Source: Ylistrum balloti (Eukaryota). From it: DNA of 64,000 bases. Each line of letters begins with the position of its first letter. Position 1 is the first letter of the stretch. Position numbers and translations under genes: made by a program. The notes below the pieces were generated by a model. The model was not told where the DNA came from and did no database searches. It saw nothing but the letters and a program-made list of their open reading frames with translations. Positions 46,821 through 57,979 of this stretch are shown piece after piece. The stretch covers positions 1,426,001-1,490,000 of the forward strand of contig NW_026781921.1 in assembly GCF_031769215.1 (NCBI RefSeq), written 5' to 3'.

Positions 46821-49479
46821 GTTTTTCAGCACCTGATTTTGTAATGGGCCTGGCAAAAGCTATTTGATAACTCAAAGTCAATTCAGAATTATGAAATAAG
46901 TGACATTACTCGCAAATATTGTCTCAATCTATTAAGGTGGAAAGCCATTTTTGTTTACAGGTGACAGTGTTTTGTGCACAGACCATATCATATAAGACAC
47001 AGGAATTTACATAACCAGACTTTTCTTCAACAAATAAGGATTTTCTTTACATAGTTATCAATTAACCCCTTTGTGTGCATTTCTCAACAAAAACCAATTG
47101 TCATTGTACATAAGGTGATAAACTTGATATATATATATATCTATAAAACAATTTTTTTTAAAGAAGTTAAAAGACCATTTTACCATGATATCGGTTTAAA
47201 AAAGATCCCTAATCAATATTTCATACAACAAAGTATGTATACCTTGCCTAACAGTATACATTTACCACACCAACTTTTCACTAACAATCATTTTACCAGC
47301 TTAATTATTCTACATCAAACAAATATTACCAGTCTAACTTCATCAAACAGATTCCCTAGGACTTATGACCTGGTTATTGATACAGAGGGAGCTGACCCAC
47401 CAAATAACCATGGATATACAAAAACGTTTTCAGTGATTTTCCTTAATGTTTTAATAACTCTGCTTAAAGAGGTCAAGTATGGTTTGTCAGAGATCTGGGG
47501 CATGTCACAGTACAAATGTGATTAGTATTGGCATGCTGGTACACTGCCACTGTGGTTTGATGTCTATGTTGATACACGTGTTGGGTGTTTTCATGTTGCT
47601 ACATGCCACCATAGTTTTAAGTTAATACATCTTCATTTACTCTGGATTGCTGATGAATTGATAGATCGTATGGTTAAACATTGAAATATATCTCTATTCC
47701 CTCTCCAGACAGGGGGAAACAACAATATCTATTACATGTAAATCGTCTAAATTCGAAGTTTAACTGGAAACAAATGTAGATGTATTAATCCTTCAATCCC
47801 TTCAAATGAACTCTTCAAAGTTTGATTCCATACATGGAATGTTTCATTATACAGGTAGATGGGAGTGTCAGGGTTAATGGCGTTCAAAAATTTAATTTGA
47901 AACCCATGAAAGCTATGAAATGTTGCAGTAACGTAATACAAATTAATTAGTGTTTCATTAAGAACAGTTTTATCTGCAGCAAGCATGTCCATTTAGTCTC
48001 AATAACAATTTCTGGTCCTACAGTGTAGACACAAAACCTGATATCAAGTAGTGTTTCAGTAATGAAGAACAACCCACTACAACATTGAGAATATTGCAGC
48101 CAGTGGTTTACAACCTCTAATATTACAGTTTTATAGTCTATACTTTTAGAAAATTCCTGACTACAGTAAAAATTTGAATATCTTTAAGGAAATAATCAGC
48201 CATTCCTGTGATGTAAATTGGAAAGTCATTTTCCAGTATTTTTTCTATTGTTCACAAGATAAGGTAGTAAGTAACAACATTATGTTGTCTCCCTAGAAAT
48301 GATAAACAGTCCTTGTAGTCACCTGTCCATATTAACTGTCTACAAGCTTTTCCTGTTCTAAAGCTATTCAGTACCTGTTTATTTTACCATGAAGGCCAGA
48401 CCATTTTCTTTCTCCATCAGACTGAGAAAAACTATCTAACAAGCCAGAAAACCCTTGGAATCCCCAAAGTACAGATATACAAGGCTGGGTCAGATAACAC
48501 CACATTCCAATACACTCGTGGTTTTTATACCAGATCTAATCAAATTTATCAGGGGAGACAACTCTCTTTAAATGCAACGTTTAATGCCATTTTACTCCAC
48601 TTCTTCTGATATCTGGTCACCTGATGAGGTGACAAAGGCTATCTCATGCTTCAAATTACAAACTGGGAATTAAATTGGTTTCATTCAGATTTAAAGACCA
48701 GAAAGCTAAAAAGATTGGTAATACACAAAATGGCATCAGAAGGACGAATTAAAACGACTTTTGGATTGTTGTATTAATGACTCCCTTACAAAGAAGAAAC
48801 TTATATATAGAATGGTTGCATAAAAGGGAGCACAGGTGAAGACAGAAATCTAAGGTCATAAACCTTGGGAATTACAAAATTCGAGTGTGTTACAGTTTTG
48901 TTTATATCAACTAAGGATCTAAGCAGGTGACTGAAAAGCCACGTCTACTTCATGGGGTTGAAATTTCATCATTGTGAAGGAATGTATCAAAATATTTAAG
49001 GAAACTAAAACCATCAAAATATATATATATATGCCTCAGACATAATAATATAATTCTCTTCAACATGTAACTGATTATTTCAAAACATAAGAATATATCT
49101 CACGTTAATTCATTTGTAAGCAATTTTTGCCCCTAACTTGAACAATTTAGACCAATCAGCCCTATATTGAAAGTTCTGTTTGTTGTGAAATTCTCATGAA
49201 CATCACAGCTCATCAGGGAAGTGCTATTTATAAAAATAATAGCCGTATATATCTTGGTTCTCAAATAGCCACAGAGAATGGAAGTCTACCGGTCCATAAA
49301 ATTCAAAATCAATAAGAAGTCATGATAGATCAGAGTTGTACAGAAAGGAGAAGATAACCACGATAAGGTAAAGGGAGGTAACTTGGGTCTAGAAAAGAGA
49401 CTGATTGGTCCAAACAAGCTATAAAAAAAAAAAAACTGTTCAGATGTAACATAGGAAATGGCAATTAGAACTGACTTAC

Positions 49480-49647
49480 CGCGATATTCTGGTAGTCATT
49501 ATCATGTTTGTAGCTACTATAGCTGTACTGATTGTTGGTGAGAGAGCCATTGAGGCCAGATGAACTGGACGCTCCTGACAGGGTTTGTGTTGTAGGCATC
49601 ACTGCCCATTCCCTTATACCCGTCTGACTAAGGGCATCCACTCGCAT
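49480..49647 (-). CDS. Candidate alternative N-terminal coding exon MRVDALSQTGIREWAVMPTTQTLSGASSSSGLNGSLTNNQYSYSSYKHDNDYQNIA (56 aa)
   Basis: The open frame ends exactly at consensus donor GCG|gtaagt in phase 0, matching the 85-nt exon. There is an upstream in-frame stop at 49687-49689. Confidence 0.5.
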
Positions 49648-50260
49648 CTCAGACACACCATTGGATCTATCACAGCTAAAAACTTCTCACAATTCCTCTA
49701 TTTACAGCCTCACATCAGCTATTTCTTACCACAAAAATGACTAATTATGGTTCTTGGTCATCAAAAATAACTGAAAATAAGACGGAGGAGGAAACGTATT
49801 GAACAATCCTGTGGCCTTATTCCAATAAAACTGGATCGAAACTCCAGAAGAGATAAACACAGATATTATCCAATTGGTTCGCACAAAATCCAGCTAAATC
49901 CACTAGGGTCGGTAATGTAACTAAGGACAAGTGAAGCTGAGGTCTGTGTTACTGCTTTACAGGCAGGCTGGTAGGCCATACACACACACAAATATTATAC
50001 TGGGCTTCTCATCATATACACCGGGAGGAGGTATTCCCCAACACGAAACAGTTAGGATTGAAAACTCCACTAAAGTAGTGGAAACTTCTAGACAAGTTGG
50101 TAGAAAGTTCCAAAGTCACTGGCAGAAAGATAAATCCGAAATGTAGAAGGGTGATGTAGAGTGACAGAAGCCCTCACTGTGTTTCAGTGGGAGGATGTTG
50201 GCCCCCAGCGAGGTAGAGTAAGTAATTCTCCTCCCAACACACACTCCTCACCATCACCAG

Positions 50261-50270
50261 CTATAAATAG
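50261..50270. promoter_or_regulatory. MEF2-consensus site CTATAAATAG upstream of the candidate alternative first exon
   Basis: Exact YTA(A/T)4TAR match. A single short motif is weak evidence by itself. Confidence 0.25.
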
Positions 50271-53039
50271 CTCACTCCCTATCTCTGCACCACTTTAGCA
50301 TCATCCACTACTGGTTGCAAGGGGTTCCCCAGGGGGTGTCAGTGGGGAAGTTGGCAGAGGACTCCCAGGGGGTCACTATCACACCCCCTGGTACTAATTA
50401 CACACATCAGAGTATAACAGGCTCCGCCATGAGGGTGTAAGGTTTCAAAACATGAGGAGCTGCTATTACATCACATGGTATTGATCAGCCAGCAGACCTC
50501 TACATCTCTCTAGTCACCTGGTACATACTGGTGTACTGTAGATCACACAGAACAGCCATCTGATCCCTTCATCTCTTTCTAATCAGTTGATCTCAAATCA
50601 GTGAAATCATCTCTCTATTTCAGCTTAATCAGTGTCTTATGAATTCTGTGCTAAACCTTCAGCCTCCATGAGCTTTTTCATCCCTGTATCGCTTGGTGTT
50701 GTGACAATACTACTTATAGAATGCTTATCTTGTTCTGAAATATTCCACAGAGAAAAGTAAGGAATACTTATTTCATAAAAGATGACTTACAAATAGTTCT
50801 TGTCCTGCCCTTAATCTTAATGACGATTGGTGATTAGATAAAGTTTACTTGACAAATCAATATTTTCTCTAACAGGATTTCTCTAATAGCCATTTTCAAA
50901 GTATGTACACTCATCTATCCCTTGGAGAACCTCTCAGTCCCTAAGCTCTCTGTGATACCTGTCTTAGTTTCCCCCAGGACACCCCTGGACAAGCTCCAAA
51001 TGGTTGTTACCTACAGAACTGAGAATCTCTAGAGAACAGTGTAACTCTAGCATAGGGAAGGTAAGGATGATCAAGACTGACATCCCAAATCAAACTTCAG
51101 CTGTACCCAGTGATGACTGGGGGGGGCACCATCTAATATCTCACAACTGATTGAGGTGTCATATGGGGTAGATGTTTCCAATGATTTAATATCTTCTAAT
51201 ATAACATATATAAAAGAGAGCCTTAGGATCTTACAATTGAATACCCTTTATTGTACTTATACTAAACAGAGGCGATTATGTAGAAAAGTTGGACACTGTT
51301 CTGATCTCCTATGTTTTGGGTTTTTTTTCCCTTATTATTTTTATTATTTAATCAAAATGGGTCAAAATACAAAATGTAAACAAAAGCTTTTTTCTGTGTA
51401 TGATTGTTATTTCACAAAATTTTAATTTTATTATGAAGTTTATGAAAGATAGAGAGCCTCCAACAACACTAGATTTTATGCAGACCATTCAATGAAGTTG
51501 GCAAACCATGGATAATGGAGGACATATGTGTCTGACTCGATTAGATATTTGCCATAAGGTAATTCCCTATCATGTAAGTATTTTCTCTCAACCTGTGGGG
51601 TGAAGAGACATTTCTTTCATTGATAACTGATCGTTTTGTTTTGACTTTAAGTAAAAAAGGACAAAAAGATATTTCCTGAAAGACGAAATACTCTATTAAT
51701 CAATATGTTGAAATGTTCATATTTATCTCATAATTTCCTGATTATTTCTGGCACAGGTCCTGAAGTTAGAACGCAGTACAGAAACATATCCAATGTACAA
51801 TCAACCCCCACATATTTCTACAGTAGAATCACGCTTCCTCTGCTGACTTCACTAAAGAATGCCTCCAAACCACATAAAAACCGCACAACCATGGCAACCC
51901 GCACAATGACTTACAATGAGTGTGTAAACACAAGGATAACTTATGATTGGCCCCCTGTAAGTACTTACATTACTAGCCCATTGATCAGAACCAGTGACTA
52001 GTACCTACACATTTCCCTCGCCACTCACCAACTACCCACAAACTCTTGCATCAACACTCCCCCAAGTTACAGAGATGTCTATTATAATTTATAAAACAGT
52101 CTTTCCTATCACCTTATGAAAACTCATGCTACAAAAATTCTACAAAACTTCCTTCTCAACAAAAAAATTTACATTATTACAAAGATTCTACAGAGTTGTT
52201 ACCTCAGAAGTGTAATCTTTATGTCAAGAATTATTCCTAATTACAACAGCACTAATAAGAGAAGGATTCCCCCAAAAATCAGAAAACATGTACTAGTCCA
52301 TACTATGGCACCCACTTCCTGCTACATTATTACGTCACATTTCTGTTACTAAACACAAATTCCATTCAGGCAATGTTTTCTTGCTTTTCTACACACCAGA
52401 ATTCTGTCAAGCTTATTAAATTATGCTCCTTCTACAAATGAAATTCTGTTGACACAGGGGATGGTGGTTGCATTCAGTATATGTTCTCAAGCTATAGTAA
52501 CGTAATTAGCCCATTGTCTTCATCGTGTGCAGAATTTCCAGTTGTTGATGGTTTTCAAAAACTTATTTTTTATTCATTCCCAGAAAAAAGATCAGAATGT
52601 AGTCTCTTCATGACCTGGATTTGGAATGAATAGAACTTGTTTACATTATTAAACCATTGGCAACTCATCAACATGAAAATTCCTTCAATTCAACATCTGC
52701 ATTTTACTAAGCTATTTCAGATTTCCTTTGTTCTACATGTTAAACTCTGTTCTGCACTCCAAATAGGGTCAGTTTTCAAATGATGAATTTCTTCTAATTT
52801 CATTTCCAGCAGAAGTCCATGTTAAACTGCTAAAGCATTCATATCTAGCTGTAAGTATTTCGACCTGGAGTATGATCCAAACAAAAAATAAAGGTCACAG
52901 TTACCTTCATATAACTAACTGGTCAGTATTACAAACTTCACAAGACAATCTGGTAACAGTTAATACACTATTTCTGACAATAACCACCAGCCTATCACTA
53001 CTGTTTAACTCATAATAAAATTATCAACTATCCAATCAC

Positions 53040-53730
53040 AAACATTCTATCAAACTTGTCAGATCTTAAGGTAACTAGTCAGAATGATTCTAACTGATAG
53101 TGAAACCATCCAGTAACCACTCAGAAATATTCTATCAAACTTGTCAGATCTTAAGGTAACTAGTCAGAATGATCCTAACTGATAGTGAAACCATCCAATA
53201 ACCACTCAGAAACATTCTATCAAACTTGTCAGATCTTAAGGTAACTAGTCAGAATGATCCTAACTGATAGTGAAACCATCCAGTAACCACTCAGAAATAT
53301 TCTATCAAACTTGTCAGATCTTAAGGTAACTAGTCAGAATGATCCTAACTGATAGTGAAACCATCCAATAACCACTCAGAAACATTCTATCAAACTTGTC
53401 AGATCTTAAGGTAACTAGTCAGAATGATCCTAACTGATAGTGAAACCATCCAGTAACCACTCAGAAATATTCTATCAAACTTGTCAGATCTTAAGGTAAC
53501 TAGTCAGAATGATCCTAACTGATAGTGAAACCATCCAGTAACCACTCAGAAACATTCTATCAAACTTGTCAGATCTTAAGGTAACTAGTCAGAATGATCC
53601 TAACTGATAGTGAAACCATCCAGTAACCACTCAGAAATATTCTATCAAACTTGTCAGTAAGGTAACTGATAGTGAAACCATCCAGTAACCACTCAGAAAT
53701 ATTCTATCAAACTTGTCAGATCTTAAGGTA
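53040..53730. repeat. 85-bp satellite, ~8 copies, with alternating variants
   Basis: ttctatc at 53045, 53130, 53215, ... Confidence 0.96.
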
Positions 53731-53864
53731 ACTAGTCAGAATTATCTAATCTGTCTTCTAATGTAACTATCAGTTAACTAGCCAGAATTATCACATCTAT
53801 CTCCTAATGTAACCCTCAGATAATTAATCAGAAGGATGAAATCTAACTTGTGATGAGACCATTC

Positions 53865-54200
53865 TCAACAATCACTCTACACAAACTCTTGTCTTTGTAG
53901 AAACTTCTAAACAATCTCTCAACACAAACTCTTGTCTTCGGAGAAACTTCTCAACAATCACCCTACACATACTGTTGTCTTTGTAGAAACTTCTAAACAA
54001 TCTCTCAACACAAACTCTTGTCTTCGTAGAAACTTCTTGACAATCACCCTTCACAAACTGCTGTCTTTGTAGATATTTCTCATCAATCACCCTACAAACT
54101 CTTGTCTTCGTAGAAACTTCTTGACAATCACCCTTCACAAACTGCTGTCTTTGTAGATACTTCTCAATAATCACCCTACACAACTTGCTGTGTTTTGACC
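53865..54200. repeat. ~40-bp degenerate tandem repeat with dimer structure
   Basis: acaaactcttgtcttcgtagaaacttc recurring. Confidence 0.88.
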
Positions 54201-56045
54201 TCAACAAAATCTTATCTGTTCATAGCTCATGTTCGTAATACAGCTATGTGGCACAAAAATTGAAACAATTGTTACCTAGAGTGAATATAAATCAGGTTCC
54301 AAGAAAGACTGTTGACAACTCTCTCCTGGAACCAAGTCCTAGTTCCTATATAAGTATTCAGTTTTTTTGGTCACAGTAAATTCAGTTCACAAGTTACTAT
54401 AATCCAAATATCCAATCCATAAATTTTGACATGGTCAGTAACTGTGTCGTGGTCAAATTTTAAATTTCAGTTTTCTGTTCCCCATAAGACACAAATCAGC
54501 ATGTCTGCTTTCAACACAAAAGGAACGCATGTCTTGAGCTGCTGAGCCTAGACAATGGGACACTTCTAAAAAATGTTCATCAATTCCTGCAAGCCAGTAT
54601 TTTTTCCAGGACGTAAATGGCACAGACCTGAATTAGAATCGTCAAAAATACATGAAAGATGAAACCCTTGACAACCCTTCCTTCACATATTGATCTCTTC
54701 AAGTGAAAAATAATGAAGTTTTTGGAATACGAGATGGAACACACATGTGCGACAACCCTAAGCTGAACCGGAGAGGTATTACTGAGCCTAAACTACTAGT
54801 CTGCCAGGCACAAATAATCAATAAAAGGTCCAGCACGCAGTAATCACAGGATGCCATGTAGAAATTGCCTCCATTTTTTTGCCTAAAAAGCGTAACGACA
54901 GATTGTCATCCATTTGTCTGGATAATTAAATAATGCCCTCTGGGGCAATAAAGTCACAGATATTATAAACTTCCTTTCAACACAAACTTTCTACAATTTT
55001 GCCATTGCAAGAAAATACAGCCGAATAATAATAATTTAAAGTTTTTTTTCTCCAAATTTTTTATCATATTTGATATCAATGCACATGGACATGCAGCTGC
55101 TAAATTTTGAAATAATTTAGTATTTAAACAATACTCTGCTAGTGATAAAAATTGAAATTTAACAAATATTCTGCCTTTCAACACTTTTGATTCATCAGGT
55201 ATCTATTTTTTCTAATTAAATCTTAAATTGTGAATTTCAAAAATCTGTTTGAGTTGGGTCTAAATTTGTAATCACCATCAGTAAACAAAATGGCAGCCTC
55301 AGGGTGGTCCAAGGTAATGGACCACTTTGAGTTTTTTTAACAAAATAACAAGAAGAATAAGTCAATCACTGAGTGTAAATTGTGTAATATAACCCTAAAA
55401 CACCACACAATATTGACAACGTCCATGAATTATAATCTAAAACAAAAACACAGGGTAGACTTATTAATCAAATATACTTCTGCGTCTGCTCTCTCTGTCG
55501 GTAACAGCATGTAAACTTCGACCAAATTGACTGAAAAATGGAAGTCCTTCTTCTAATCAATTGAAAAAAGTAGACCAGGTGGATAGACTGATATTCTGTT
55601 TAACTATTTAAGAGAAAAGTGCTAAAACAGTCTAGTCGTAATTGCCATTCCTAATAACCTGACCAATCAAAAACTTTCTATTGTAATGCAATGTATCTAG
55701 TTCTTCCTGCTGATTTTAATTTCAGCTTTTTAAGAGCCTCAATTAAATGTTGTCTTTATTAGTGAATTGCTGGCAGAATCCTCCAAAGTAATTCGAATTT
55801 ATTAAGAGCGGTTGTACTTCTTGATTCGATTCGGAATTATTCAAACTGCGAAGCTGTGAACTGAACTCTATTGGATTTGTCCAACCCCGATTTTTCACTT
55901 AACTTATCTCAGAATATTCAATAATAAACTTTTATTTTTTGACTTATTAAAGTGTCTTTGCAATCATCACAATACTTGTATCAGTATATTTTTAAATAAT
56001 TGATTTATCAAACAGTAAACAAGCACTTTATCAACTTATCAAACA

Positions 56046-56220
56046 GGGTGGTCGAGTGGTGCAGTGGTAACTCACTTCCCTTTCACCTAGCCATCCAGGC
56101 TTCGATTCCCGGATTGGATGTGAAAAGGTACGGGGTCACCTGCCTGTCCATCCAAGCCAACAAGAGTGATTAATATAAGTTGGAAAAACTTTTTTCGCAA
56201 TTGTTGTAAAATAAATAAAG
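56046..56220 (+). mobile_element. tRNA-derived SINE, internally deleted
   Basis: Pol III A-box TGGTGCAGTGG (56057-56067), degenerate B-box GCTTCGATTCC (56099-56109), non-tRNA body and AAATAAATAAA tail. Confidence 0.75.
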
Positions 56221-56777
56221 ATTATCTATTATTTATCTAGATTATTTATCATTTATTTATCAAAAAGTATATTCTTTATCAGTGGTGCATGAAATTGTTT
56301 AAGAATATATTTTTGTCCTCAGTTATTGTTTAAATATATATTTAAATTTCTCTATTATATATCATATACTACTTTTTAAACAATTGAATTATCACACATC
56401 AGAGTGCAGCTGTATAAAAAACATTTTCAAAGTTTTTTCATCCTCAATTGTTTAAAATTCTTCATTGTCCCTCCTATAAATCTCCATGTATTGATCGCCA
56501 ATTTGTTTATGTATTACCAACTGACATTTTCCCATATGAGAGCACACATATGTACACTCGGTGCACTGGCACTGCCTGATAATTTTACTCTTCCAGATCA
56601 CTGTAGAGTTAAATCTCACTGTCTATAACACAAATTATACTTACAATCTTAACTTATAGTAGCACACTGCTACTCCTACCCAAAATCAAACAAAGAGCAG
56701 ACAACTCATCATTGACTTTTCTCACTCAATGCTAAGTGTTTATCTGACAATCTTACACAAGTACAGGTTTGACTTAC

Positions 56778-56790
56778 CTCCTTGATCCAG
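56778..56790 (-). CDS. Candidate 13-nt microexon CTGGATCAAGGAG (LDQG+G)
   Basis: tgttttccctgtgtgttactttttaacag|13 nt|gtaagtc. Confidence 0.5.
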
Positions 56791-57090
56791 CTGTTAAAAA
56801 GTAACACACAGGGAAAACATGCACACGGGAAGGGATGGGTCATATACAAAGACTTTCATCACAGAGGAAATCAGGGGACTATTAATAATCTTCTACCTTT
56901 CCTTGTTTACCTATAGCTATTTGAGATACATGTTTTTCTCCTACTCGTCTTACTATAAAATATTCCTGATAAAATACTAGCTGTCAAAGACCCTTGATTA
57001 TCTACCACTTACCCAAGTGTGTTTGGGGGACAAAGCGGTGAAAAATCACTACTGCTGATGAACTGATTTAAATGAAATGTTTAATCTTAC

Positions 57091-57120
57091 TTCTTGAAGT
57101 GACCGAGATCTTTTGAACTT
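57091..57120 (-). CDS. Candidate 30-nt in-frame microexon KFKRSRSLQE (27 nt with the NAGNAG acceptor)
   Basis: atttctttttaatcctctaattcattgaag|AAG...GAA|gtaaga; phase 0-0; RS dipeptides. Confidence 0.3.
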
Positions 57121-57711
57121 CTTCAATGAATTAGAGGATTAAAAAGAAATAATCTTTTTTTCGAAATTCAAAACTTCATCTTTCCAAAGAAATTGCTAAA
57201 GATGACTCCAACATTTTTTTAATGTAAATATTTCTTACATGTCATATCTATCATTAGCATAAAAATAACAGACCTACATTTTTAACTTGATATTTGAAAA
57301 AAAAATGTTATCCATCTCATTCATACACTTTGGTTAATGAATGAAAATCAGTAGACACCTCCCAAAACCTAATCTCTATTGTTATAACCACCAGCAATAA
57401 CACCCAGTCTGTTGTATCATCAGGAGTAAGTAGTCAGGACATACTTAAGGGAACTATTAACTATAAAGTTCACATCAGCAGTTACCTCCCTTTGACAAGG
57501 CCACAAATAAGAAAGAAGAGTTCATTGTTTATAATGAAATACTAATGAGACACAAAACTGAGCATCATATACACAAAGATTTCTTTTATAAATGGAATGA
57601 AGTTTTCCTGAGTTTGTATATGGTCAAAGGGAAGTAACTGTGAGGTGAGAGCCTAACTCTGCCTATGCTATGGTATGGTTCAGGCCTACATATACATAGA
57701 ACAACTCCTAC

Positions 57712-57979
57712 CTTGCTGGAGTCAGAACTGAAAGTTGTATGTCTTCGATGACGATAACTCCGTCTTCTGTGCCGCCGCCGAGGCCGATTCCGACTGTGAC
57801 GACTGTTGTCACGAGACCGGTAGTGGCTGCCATGATCTGATTCATCATAGTGACGACTGATGCGGCTGCGGCTGTGGTAATCCCAGCGATCTCTCTCTGG
57901 GGTGTAGGATCGGTCCCGGTAGCTATTGTTGTCTTGGTAGTCATGGTAATGGTCTCGCTCCCTTCGCCGCCTGTCACCA
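57712..57979 (-). CDS. CLK2: CLK exon: Arg/Ser/His-rich N-terminal domain (GDRRRRERDHYHDY...RSRISRH...RPRRRHRRRSYRHRRHTTFSSDSSK), 268 nt, phase 2 in / phase 0 out
   Basis: Acceptor ttgcag| at 57980-57982 and donor AAG|gtagga. The open frame differs from the ORF-track frame and gives the RS-rich composition typical of CLK N-termini. Confidence 0.9.

Larger units (their letters stand above)
6746..57979 (-). other. CLK2: Span of LAMMER/CLK (CLK2/Doa-like) dual-specificity kinase gene, 5'-partial (start codon outside the window)
   Basis: Twelve exon positions join in frame with canonical GT/AG ends and matching phases. The spliced product contains [42 protein letters not shown] and [11 protein letters not shown]. 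About 459-460 aa (short end) or ~1242 aa (long end) is encoded within the window. Vertebrate paralog assignment (CLK1-4) cannot be resolved, so CLK2 is used in the '-like' sense. Confidence 0.96.

Noticed and set aside
56046-56115. Functional tRNA gene
   Set aside because: Degenerate B-box, no complete cloverleaf, and a SINE body and A-rich tail follow.
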